Part shown: positions 37,520-49,218 of the stretch, one piece after another
Position numbering within the stretch: position 1 is the first letter of the stretch
How the letters are laid out: every line of letters starts with the position of its first letter
Assembly: GCA_026023565.1 (NCBI GenBank)
Contig: JAPETS010000050.1
Coordinates: 1 to 64,000 of the forward strand
DNA length: 64,000 nt
Direction of reading: 5' to 3'
From: Cirrosporium novae-zelandiae
Lineage: Eukaryota
Made by a program: the position numbers and the translations under genes
Notes under the pieces: generated by a model
What the model was told of the DNA's origin: nothing
Databases searched by the model: none
Seen by the model: only the letters and a program-made list of their open reading frames with translations

Positions 37520-39685
37520 CTAATGACCATCCAAAGATTCATCATCCGTTAATACATCATCCGGGTCACCATCGTGATGTAATGTTACACTATTGAATTC
37601 TTCAAATGGATCCGCAATATCTCCACCTGGAGTGGCTAAACCTGAATCCAATGGAACTCCTTTGTACCTTGGGGAAGTAAAATCAACGTCGTTGCTTTCC
37701 TTGACATTCCTGAAGTTGACAGTATCAGCGGCCCGGCCTCCTTGATGAGGTATCATTGGTGGTTTCATATGTCGAAGTAAAGCCCATTGGGTTTGACGAA
37801 AGAATGGGTGTGCCTTAACATCTGATGCACCAGCACGGGAACCCAAGCGCCGATTTTCATCCTTGATGAGGAGTTTGCGGATAAGAGTTTTACAAAGACT
37901 TTGGACAAATTAGTTACTTGGTGGTATCCCGGTATAAGGGGAGCTGAATACTTACTGTGAGATAGGGTCATGTCCTGGATTATCTGGAAATGGAACATCA
38001 TCCCGTAGGATATTCGCAAAAGTAGCATTCCGGTTTTTGCCTTTGAATGGCGTCGTCCCGTATAACATTTCGTATATCAAAATACCAAGAGTCCACCAAT
38101 CAACAGCACTTGTATGTCCACAGCCCTTAATAACTTCGGGGGCGATATACTCTTCAGTACCAACGAACGAGTTGGTTCTGAAGTCCGCTATGCAAGATTT
38201 AGTGTCAATGATCGGACCAGAGGAGGGATTGTTTCCATTTCGTCCAACAATCATCGTGGGTTTCCCGCCAGGGTCAGATTGTTTTGATAGGTCAAAGTCC
38301 GACAACATGATGTGACCTGATTGATGTAGGAGAATATCTGATCAAATAAATAAGCATAAAATCCCCAGATGATCAACACAAAACGCGATCATTGGTAAAT
38401 TTCCGTGTGTGTACTTACTTTCAGGTTTCAAATCACGATAAATGAAACCCATCAGATGCAAATATTCAAGAGCAGCTGTGACTTCTGCAGCATAGAATCT
38501 TGCATCATCTTCAGGAATGCATTTACCGGGTCTAGTTTGCAAAGCTAAGAAGAATTAGTATAATATAACGCAGCTTTCAAAAGCCGCATGCCATACCTCT
38601 AAAGAATTCTCCTCCACTACAATATTCCATACAAAGATATAGATGATCTTCCGACTGGAACGAATGGTAAAGCGTCACAATAAAGGGATGGTTACTTGTA
38701 GCCAGAATTTCTTGTTCGGCTAACGCACGTTTGATCTTGTTTCGTTTAATCATTTCCTTCTTGCTCAGAACTTTGAAAATGTCAATAAACAAGCCATCGA
38801 GATCAAGGTAGATAACATACCTTTCATAGCGTACAGTCGACTAGATTTCTTTTCTCTGACTAGGTAGACCTTTCCGACGTCTCCTTTCCCAATCAACTTG
38901 ATCTTATCAAAACTCCCAGGGCCAACCTCTACATTCCGGACTTTAATTGAATTTGAACTATAAGTTCTTCTGAAAGCCACCTGATTTCTTATTTTACCAG
39001 GCGATGGTATGCTCCCAACATCAGGAATTGGCAAAAGCCCTTTTGGTTGATCTACCAAGCCGAGACCTGATAATTTTTCATCATGGACCAATGGCTCTTT
39101 GCCTAGTTCGGCGGTTGCAGGTCTATCGTCGCCTTTGCCCGAAGCAAATAATCCTTGCGCATTAGGGGCCGATGCCACTCTGCGTAGTTTCCTAGCCAAT
39201 TCTTCTTTTCCTGCAGTTGTGGCCTTGTCTTCTGGATCCCCATCTGCACCATTCACCTTCAGCTTGGGGGTTTCGGGCGGAGAAGGCGGTACGCTACCTG
39301 CATTATGATGTCTCAGAGCAGGTGGGCCTTGGTGAACAAAGTAGGGATTTGCCTGAGCAGTGGGTGACATACTGTCATCAAGAGGATTTCCTTCGCTAGC
39401 AACGGTCGCAGAGCGGTTCCGTCCTAATCCCGTAAGGAATTTCGATTGTCTGAAGGAGGACTTGCTCTCGGACTTGGGCGTGAGGTTTCCGTCATGGCTA
39501 ACGGTGGTATTGTTGTTGCCAGAACTATTTATCCGGAAGAAGTTCTTGAGCTTCTGTGGGAAATGGGAGGTGGAATTATTTTCACTGCTTCCTTTTTTCG
39601 ATGTCAACGAAAGGCCAGAGAAATTTCTTTTTTCTGGCTTCTCCGACATGTTTGAGGAAGACAGCGGACTATGGAATTGAGTCAT
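37520..39685 (-). CDS. nrc-2: AGC Ser/Thr kinase of the Nrc-2/Kin82/Fpk1 family
   Basis: [44 protein letters not shown] and [14 protein letters not shown] motifs; four canonical introns. Confidence 0.93.
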
Positions 39686-41523
39686 GGGGAAAGGAGGATA
39701 TAAAACGATGGATAGGGAAACAGGGAGAAAAGGTCCTCAACGTCGTCAATGATTTCGGGTTCAGAGGCAGGAGGGAGTGAGTCAAGACTCGAGTTAAGAT
39801 GATGGTAAACGGAAGACCGAGGAGGTATAACGAGGCGTTTGACTTAACAAGCCATGTCTTGAGATTTGTATATCACCCAGGAGAGGTCTTAATCTCTCGA
39901 GTGACTGGGAGTAAGGTAATTGTTGATGAGAGGGTGGGGGGAGGGGTTGATTGAAGAGTGTATAGCGTCGATTGGCAGTGATGTAAAAGAGAGTGTGAAT
40001 GGTTCACAAAGAGAAAAAGCAAATGGGATGGTGAGGATTGGAGTCAAGCTGGAGATAATGTGTAGAGGCTCTAGCGATCAAACTAACCCAATGTGGAGGG
40101 AAAGATTGGTTGGATTGGCTGGAGTTCGACTTGGTTTGGAAAGTGGGGGATCATGGATCGAGGAGTTGGTCGCTGGGGATTTGAAGTTACACCCTGTCAT
40201 CTATTAAGCAACAAATACCAAGAGCATACCACATACCAAGCATACCAAAGGCCCGACCAAGGACCGAACCAAACAGACCAAACAAACCACACACAAAAAC
40301 ACTCAAAACAATGCTTTTCCAGCTCGTGTCAGGCACATCAAGGCTTGTCAGCTAGCCGCTAATAGAGATAGTCATTCACCCCCTAGATACTGAACAAGTA
40401 GTGGTGGTGCATTGGGGCTGAGCAAGAGAAATTCCAATATCCCCAAAATACTAAAATACAAATACAATCAAATTACCCGTTTTCTCCATCAATTCATCAT
40501 CAATTACTGATTCCTGCAATTCTGTACTGGTATATAAATAATATACACAGTCAACCAGCGATCAGTGTGGTCAATGTTTCATATGTTTTCATACTGTTGT
40601 AGGTAACAGGTGTACGCAGTTAAACCCAATCATCCGAGATCCTCCGTCCACATAATTACGTGATGCCCCCCAATCCAAAAGGAGCACGGGGAGCTAACCC
40701 CGTAATCGCCATGGATAGTAGTAGCACAGCCACTGTGCATCCGAGACCTTAGAAATCAAACTGTCCGAGCCAACCGGATATACCTTTCAACCTTCTCACG
40801 GCCTTGTGCATAAATCTACCTATTACTCCTATTTCAATGCCGCACTCTAGTTATTATATTAATAAAATCACGATAGAAATGTCCTTGGTGCGAAATAGCT
40901 CCTCCAGTCTTACCAATGTCAACAGACCAACGACATCGTGGTTTCCTACTATAGTTAGCCTAGCTACGTCCAGAGAACCAACCTGAGATTCCGTCCCGGA
41001 TATCCGTTATCAACTTATCACAAAACGATACGAGAGTGGTGCTGACAAATTGGACACTTAGAATCCGACAGAGCCTCATCCCTCGCTGCCTGTCTTACAA
41101 ACTCTACAATGACGCAGTTATCTATCAACTTTGTGCGAACAGACTATATTATTCTATCTCATCACGAGACGGATTCATAGCTATATACACAGTTTTCATA
41201 GCTTGCTGACTTTCTGATTCCCGACAACCTAGTAACATCGTTGACACGAAGGACCCTTCGCACCGGAGGTTAGAATGACAATAGAAAAATGAGATATGCT
41301 TCCAAAGGTATCCCAAACCATATCCATCTTCTCTCTCCGAGTGACCACCGGGCCGAAGCAATTATGTTCAACAAAATAGAGCATGAGGCTCTGACAAAAT
41401 AAGCGATACAGTCAAGAAGATGCCATATCGAGTACACTGAGACTAAAACCCTCTTGAATACACTGATGGGTCGATAACGGCTTGAACGCGTAGAGTTAGT
41501 CCATCTTCTTTAAGTGCCAATGG

Positions 41524-44500
41524 CTACCAAGGCTGATCGTTGGGGTTGTTCCTGGTCATGGTTTTCTGTTCTCCATCGCGGACTAGACCAAAGAGTGTTC
41601 CAAGTCCATGACGAGGTCCTTTGAGAATATCAAAGTGGGGGATAGGAACAGGGGAGGTAGACATGCCCCCACCAAGCGTTTCGTTGTTTTGAGTATTTCC
41701 AGTGATCTTAGAACCACCTTTTGGGCTGGTTTGAGGCAAAGAGCCCGCTGCACCATCATACTGAACGAAACCATGAGCTTGGAAATTTTGAGCTCCAACA
41801 GAATATGGAGTTTTGCTCATGCGGACTGTCTGACTGCCATAGCCCCAACCTTCCAGGGGATCAACATTGGAGAAATCGAAGGTTTTGTTCTCTTTGTTTT
41901 CGTCAACAGGGCTTCGTGGGACTGGGGACATGTTGGTTGATTTAGCCGGCATGTGCGAAGCAGGTACAGGCATAGGGTTTCCAGCTGAAAACCGAGAAAG
42001 CTGAAGCATGTTGCGTAAGAATTGCCCTTCATTGCTTCCATGATAATTGCCTGGTACGTAGTTGGCCCTAGCAAGAAATTAGCAAAGATCACTATTTTGT
42101 CCCTGGGAGACTCGCCCTCCAGATCCAGCAATAGATTTCAATTCCTGGATGTCAAGTCCATAATCCTTTGCCATGTGGTTCAATTCCTCCTCCGATAGGT
42201 TGCCAAAACGACGATGGGTGGCATCCATGGTTGGAATTGCAGGCTCTTCATATGGCATGACTGGGTGTTTTTCTTTCTTAATTGGGCTGCCATAGAAATA
42301 AGGTGTAGCTGGCGGCATCATACCAAGGTCATCATGACTACGAGGTTCGCCCCATGACTTAATGGAAAGCTCATCATCCTCTGTGCCCTTAAGTGCCTCG
42401 AGGTCAGGCATAGGCGGGATTTCTAGGTGTTTCCCCATCACGTTTAAATCCCAGGAGTTCTCTGAATTATCACTTGAATGTAGTGTCTCGTTGAATGTCT
42501 TATTTCCTTGTTTGATCCAATCGCCTAGAGAGACATTAGGTGCCATGACAGGTGGAGGGGGTGGAGGCATGTATTGACTTGATTGGAGCTCGTGGCCTTT
42601 ACGAGTTGGTGTCTCTGGCAATTCTTTTATTGGTGATTGGTGAGGTTGAAATTCCATCTGTCCATAATTGACGGCAGTGTCGCTCAAATATGATCGAATG
42701 GTCCCGGTGGCTGTAGAATGGCCCTGCGAGTCGTTATTGAATGAAGTCCACCCTACTCCAGAGTCCTGGCCATGTATTGGCTGATAAGGTACAAAGGCTT
42801 TCGCAGCTGCCAGAGAGGTTTCCTCCATAATTTCAGCTTTAAGGTGTTTAGGAGTTCCTTGAATCTCCCCGGCACGAATAGGCTCAAAGGTAAGATCCCC
42901 ATTTGAATCTATGTCAATCCGCACTTTGCCATCTCCTTTTCGCACGGCTGCAATACATTTCCCCCAATTTTGGATGACAGATAAGGGGGGTGTCCCTTCA
43001 CGAGTAAGATTTTCTTCTTGTATATTCCTTGGATCCAAAAGGCTCAAAACGGACCCGCATGGAGAAGGTGGGGGAGGAATATTATCATAGGGGCCCGTTG
43101 AACCGGGATTAATGCCAGCAATGCTGCTGCCAGTCTCACTTCGAATGAAAGTAGACTTAGAAAGGGCCGGGTCTGTATGAGCTGGGTTCCATGGTTGGGC
43201 TTGTGCATTCAGGGTACGTGCCTGATTATGTGCCTGACTATGTGCTTGATGTTGTCTAATATTTCCACAGGTCAAATTTGGGGCGAAGAATGGTGCATTG
43301 ATGCTTGAATGAGCCCAGCTTTGCTGTGGGGTTGTCGTTTGCTGCCAGGGTAGATTGCTAGATGCGGTCCTAAGAAACCCAGGATCTTTCAAGGATTTGA
43401 CTTCTTTGCGCAATTGATCAAGTGCCACAATTAGATTCCTGCGATCGTTTACCATTATTCTCCTAATGTGCGGTTGAAGCTCATCGCCTGCTTTAGCCAT
43501 GTATTGATCAAGCTCCTTGAGCGACTGTTGAAGCTGTCTATGGCTTGATTCCTTTTCCTCTATAAGCTTAGTTTGGGCTGCTGTCATGAGAGCATCTGAA
43601 GGAGGCTGTGGTAAAAGACTAGGATGATGAATTTGGGCGTCTATTCCATGCGCCACTCTTTGGAAAGGAACATGTCCATATGGTTGCTGGAGCAACTCTA
43701 ATTGCTGGAGGTGAGGTTCAGTCACCGAAAGAGGCGAAAGGCTTGGCAAAAGTGGCATTTGAGCATGATGCATCCCGTAAGGTGGATATCCATTGAACTC
43801 GGTCATGGGTCCAAGAGGACTTTGAAGGGCTGGGTGCCCATTTGGAGGAAGTGGATGATAAAATTGCTGAGGCCTTGTCGTTACTGTAGGGCTATGAGTA
43901 AATTGCCCACTGCTGGTTGCCAACCGAATTGATTCTGGATGAAATTGTTCCAAACCTGGAATGAAATCGAAATCCGGACCAGTGCCTTGAGTTGGTGGTT
44001 TTGCAGCTCTTGGGTCATGGGTGTTATGAACATCAAATTCAGCAGTACCACTATTTGAAGGACGGACCGGAGAAGTATCAGGACCATTTTGCTCATTATT
44101 ATTACTCCCGACATTCTCTGGGTCGAATGCAGGGGGTGGTACAACTGGATTCATGGGCACAATCCGGCCCCCTGCAGTCACTCGATGAGACGATGGTGAT
44201 GCATGTTCCTTGAGGAAACGAGCGAAACCAGCCTTCTTCTGATCCAAAGGGTCTTTGGGAGGCCCTAGTGGTTGACGAGAAGGATGCTGGACGCCATGTC
44301 CTGCAAAAAGCACTACGTCGTTTGAATCAACAGATTCGCTAGAGAGTGCTCTTGATCGGCTTCTATCAGAGACCTGTATATTGCGATTATGAGTTTCCCT
44401 TGACATCTGTTTGGGCTTGAGGATATTATCTAAACCATCAAGATATGTTAGTAGTGCTCTGATTATAGTGATTGCAGCTTATTTACATACCTTTCATGGC

Positions 44501-44937
44501 TTCCAAACTGAATTTCGAGATATCACAACCGACGTTTGGGCTGTTTCGGAGATGAAGTAAAGTTGAAATGCTGTATACGATAGCTTTCGACATGTCCCGC
44601 GAGACAAATGAGTCAATTTTATTTGTTCCTCTATGGTTCAGGCCAGCAAAGACGTCCTCTAAGGGCGACGGGCTCATTTTGATTTTAGGTGCTACCTGTG
44701 TGATCCGGGTGGTCATCGGGAGGCTGTTGGTTAGTTCCACTTCATAATGTTAGTCCTAATGTATTAAGGGATGAAGCCATGTCACATACAAGACGAAATA
44801 AAGATATTTTTGCCTTCAATTTCGCACCGGTGGCGGCCAAGAGATTCTTGAATATGCTCGAAGAATTGATGCTCTGCGGTAGAAACTGCTCCTAGCAGGA
44901 CATCAACAATCGTTTCAAGCTTCGGCAATACCGACAT
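41524..44937 (-). CDS. Large low-complexity fungal protein of unknown function (about 1080 aa; start uncertain)
   Basis: Four exons splice in frame through two GT-AG introns and a GC-AG intron at 42068-42115. Contains FARFLKEHASPSSHRVTAGGRIVP and a short coiled coil (LKELDQYMA..DRRNLIVALDQLRK). Confidence 0.75.
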
Positions 44938-46131
44938 ATGGTATTTGGGACCTTGCTTCTCACTTACTAGTAGAATCTGTGGAACGGGTTAAAATCCCTG
45001 AGTTGCGATTGCGACTACTGTTGCTGTCCTCGCCAATATCTTCCCCGAGGGAGCTAGTACAAACTCTCAAAGAGTCAAGTATCTGAGGGCATGAAATTGT
45101 CACACTAAATGAAGTCCAGAATCAGAGATGGCACCTGAGATAGTCCTCCACACTGGAGCCGATACTTACCTGAGAGCAAAGGAAGGTTGAGGCTGATGTG
45201 AAAATGGATAGTTCGGAGCAAATGACTGAGTGTCGGTGCTAGCGATTGGAAAAGCCAAGTTCCGGCTTTGAGCTGAAAGCTCTTCGGCTGTGAGAGAACT
45301 ATGCATACTGTCAGTAGGTATTTCTTGGGATGACTTCATATATGTGGTTGATTGTGATATGAGGTCAAGTGTTGTTTGTAAATCTTAAGCCATGAACATC
45401 ATGGGTAGCTTACATTATGTGGCAGCGAGTTTGAGCGAGATACACGTACGAATGGGTGAGTGACCGCCAATAAAGAAGCTTCGAAAGCTTTCGAGAGCTC
45501 AAAAGATCAAACGAGTGGTGAATATGCAGTAGAAGTTAAGTTCGCAGAGAAGAGGGGGAGATGAAGGTCGATAGAGTTAACCGGGGAAGGACAGAGGAAA
45601 GGACAGAGGGAGAGGGCTTGATTGCGGAGGGAGGCACCATACCCTTGACAGCAACTTAGTCGAACGCTGATTATGATGGCTGGTGTTGGTGTAAGTCCGC
45701 GAAGCAAAACAGAGAAAGGCAGGTACAGCCCGTCAGGTCAGGACCCAACCGTGACGTGACTACGATTAATGAAAATGGATTCATTACCTGTACTTTTTCA
45801 CATTTTCAACAAAGGTAGTGTTACTATCAACGATGGTAAAGGACATTGTGAAACTATCTGCATGACTTCAGAAATCTCCTTTCATCAGTCCCACTAAGAA
45901 GCTAGTTTATGGGTTGCTTAAGAACAAATCAAACGACTGAGAAACAAATGGGGTATCCATTGATGCAGCTACCAGAAATATCCTGAGAAGATAGAACTAT
46001 CAACAATTTATCAATCAATAAGTCTTCACTAAAAAAAATACCACGAATAACAAGAATGAGCTCATATTGTTTACCAAAACATACACACGTTAAAATCATC
46101 ATGGTCTGAAAGCTAGCAGCGAAGCAATAAT

Positions 46132-47847
46132 TCAAACTCTTTCATCAGCCTTCACAGGATCTGGTATCTGGTGTTCAGAAATATCATCATTAGCTTGGTA
46201 ACTAGGATGCCTTGCTGAATGTGTTTGGGGCCCTTCCCCAATATCCATAGCTTTGGCTTTGTGACCTTCACTAAGTTCCCAACTTCCAAGTCGTTGATGA
46301 TCTTTGTTCAGAACTGTAGCTCCAGAGCTGCCCTTCACAACAGTCAAATCGGGATCCGAAGCAAGCTTTTCGGCTCCTTTGAATCCTCCAAGTTCCGAAC
46401 GCCTCTTGGACCTTGATCGAGTCATACGAACCCCGCCGAGGAGCATCATAAGGGCAAAAGCTATTCCAGCTACAGCCAATGCAGCAACCGCTCCGATAAC
46501 TCCAGCGACAGCTGGTTGCATCATATTCATTTTGCCGCTATTGCTATTATCAAAAGATGAATTTGTACCCCATCTAATGCTGCCGCTGTTTGCATATCCT
46601 GCGCAAAAAATACTCAAACTGCCACAAGTATTGCACCAATCCTCAACTGAGCCAAGCGTAAACGAATCCATGCCACTTGTAAAGTCTTCAAGCGACATGT
46701 CAACTTGACTAGGACTATTGCCAAATAGTGGGTAAGAGATTAAGGCTGACGAATCGTCGGTACCGTTTCTAAACAGAAAGCGGACATAAAGCTGATCCAT
46801 ATCCGGGTAGGTATTGATGTCATCGCCAACACCGAATAGCTCGAAGACCATTGAAGACCCTGGTTGGGGGAGTTGGTTGAAATAAGAATTGATATCGCTG
46901 AGTTTCGCTAGAGCTGCAAAGGAAAGGAATGGCTCAAAGCTTCCAAAAAGTAGGTTAATCTTTGATGACGCCCCTAATGTCGCAATATTATTCATGAGTA
47001 AACCGACTACTTCTGACGCAAATGTACGACCAGCAACAGCTTGGATTTGTTCGCGGAAGTGTCCATTTGTCAAATTTCCATTGATAGCATATACGTATTG
47101 ACTAGCAAGAGCACGAACTTGTTCTAAATCGGAATCATTCAGATTGCTCCGGATAGTATCATTATGGATGTATCCAAAATTGACGTAGTCGAATATGGGA
47201 TATGCATTTCCATAACCGACGGAAGAATTAGACAAAACACCCTCGAGAATCGGAGAATACAAACTCTGGTAAAATGACATGGAATTCTCCTCAGTATACG
47301 TAAAATCCGCTGTGTACAAATAATCTGCGGCAGAGCTCATGTATGCAGGGCAGTTGACTTCTCCGGCAATCCATATGGAATTTGGATCAAGCGATGAAGT
47401 TGTATAAATAGTAGGATATTGATATCCGCCTAGTGGAAAATCTATATTTGAGCCATTTGCCAACACTGACATGGAATTAATGACAGTATGGTTTGTAGAG
47501 ATGTCCAGTGGAGGATATAGTCCCTGCATGAATGCTTGCGCAGACGTCACAATATAGCCGTCAGCAGTTGACATAACAAAGGTCTCGGACCCATCGATCT
47601 CTAGTGCTGAAATGTTGTTGATAGCTTGTGGGCTGGAAGGGATAACATAACGATCGCGAAAGGTAGACCCAGCGGAGTATAATTGTTGTGCTCCAAGAGG
47701 CGTTAACACGGTGTCACCATCAGCCAGGTAAGGATTTCGATCTCCGTAGAGAGTGAAAACCACGGCACTGTAGACGGTCTCTGTATATCCAGACTGAGCG
47801 GATGCTAAGATCATAAATAGGCATCCTATAAACATAGCCAAGAACAT
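46132..47847 (-). CDS. Histidine acid phosphatase superfamily type-I membrane protein
   Basis: Signal peptide, divergent RHGxRxP motif (LYGDRNP), LTPLGAQQL, SAQAFMQGLYPP and a C-terminal TM helix; the catalytic His appears to be absent. Confidence 0.85.
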   Translation of the reverse strand: MFLAMFIGCLFMILASAQSGYTETVYSAVVFTLYGDRNPYLADGDTVLTPLGAQQLYSAGSTFRDRYVIPSSPQAINNISALEIDGSETFVMSTADGYIVTSAQAFMQGLYPPLDISTNHTVINSMSVLANGSNIDFPLGGYQYPTIYTTSSLDPNSIWIAGEVNCPAYMSSAADYLYTADFTYTEENSMSFYQSLYSPILEGVLSNSSVGYGNAYPIFDYVNFGYIHNDTIRSNLNDSDLEQVRALASQYVYAINGNLTNGHFREQIQAVAGRTFASEVVGLLMNNIATLGASSKINLLFGSFEPFLSFAALAKLSDINSYFNQLPQPGSSMVFELFGVGDDINTYPDMDQLYVRFLFRNGTDDSSALISYPLFGNSPSQVDMSLEDFTSGMDSFTLGSVEDWCNTCGSLSIFCAGYANSGSIRWGTNSSFDNSNSGKMNMMQPAVAGVIGAVAALAVAGIAFALMMLLGGVRMTRSRSKRRSELGGFKGAEKLASDPDLTVVKGSSGATVLNKDHQRLGSWELSEGHKAKAMDIGEGPQTHSARHPSYQANDDISEHQIPDPVKADERV

Positions 47848-48662
47848 GGTGAGCCTCTAGCATAAAAAGTCCTAGCTCTAATCAGCACCAGATTATCAGG
47901 TGTAACAGGGTAAAGTGGAGAACAGACAACGTATTCTGTGGTCAGCGACACTGAAAGAAATGGCTAGTTTATTGCGGCAAATATCAATATTTTCCCTCGC
48001 CGTCTACTTTTATAATAAAACAACGGGCTTTAGTCCTGAGTGCCAGCCCAGCGTAGTATTAATTAGATTCGAGCTCGAGGTACGGATAGGACTGTCAGAG
48101 AGGAGAAGTTGGGTGATTATGTACATTGGATGGATACACGGCTGCTGCAGATGGGCTCGTACTGCATGAGATCGCCATGACGCCAAGGTATGAGGAGCTC
48201 AAAGCTCTTTGTAGATAAGCAGGAAGCTTCATTAGGCTCAGCATGCCTAAGTTGAATAGACTAGCTATGGAGTTGCTGGAGAGGGTGGGATGTCTGCATC
48301 CGGCGATGGGCTTGCATACAAAGGATTGGCAGGTTAGCAGCCCATAAATGTAAAAAGAGTGATAGAAGAATAAGTAAAGTCACTACTACATATTCTTTAG
48401 CCTTATCCAAGCAAAGGAGGGGAGGAGTTTAGCACATAAGGTACATTAGGTGCCTAGGTAGTAGATGTTGGCACAAGGGCACGAGGACCAGATAGGTAAC
48501 AGATAGGTAATTAGGTGTAAGCCCAAAGGTGGTCTGGGGAGGGACTGGAGGGACTCCTTTCTCGCTTAATTTAACAAAAAGCATGGATAATGGATAGCGC
48601 TTAATGACAATAGAGAAATGGTGAGGGGTTGAGAGCATCCCATCATCAATAATCATCAATCA

Positions 48663-48680
48663 TACCACAGTACTGTGGTA
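48663..48680. repeat. Perfect 18-bp palindrome TACCACAGTACTGTGGTA
   Basis: Direct reading; lies between the divergent phosphatase-like gene and TBF1. Confidence 0.9.
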
Positions 48681-49218
48681 ATCAATACAAAATTAATCGA
48701 TAACAATACGAGGTTAAAACATGGATAATATGTACCTATAAAACCAGAATCAAATAATAATAATAATAATAACAACATAATTTCAATTGAATATTAACCA
48801 AAGAAACTTTCAAGAGACCTAGATATGGAAACTAGACTGTCTTCCCTGATTACACAGAACCTGCTGCATTCCGACCGAAAGATCTGAGGGTAGACAAAGC
48901 ACCTTATTCACTATCCATCACCATAATTATTTTCAGATGTTATTTATCATCATAAGGAATTTGCATATCAAGTAGAGGCAATTAAGTTTTTCATCAAAAA
49001 GTATTTGATTCTTCACACCCCTTCTGTTGATAGGGGAATAGAGCGAGAGAAGGAGAATTACCTAAGTAACTAAGAAATCTCTAAATTTTTGACGAAACCT
49101 TTCCAGAAACGGCTAGTCTACTTTAGACACAGAACGTGATTTTCTTCCCGCCCTAAAATCCATAGGTTTTCTGCCCTACATCGACTTCCTCAAGATAGCC
49201 AACTCCCTTGAGATCAGC

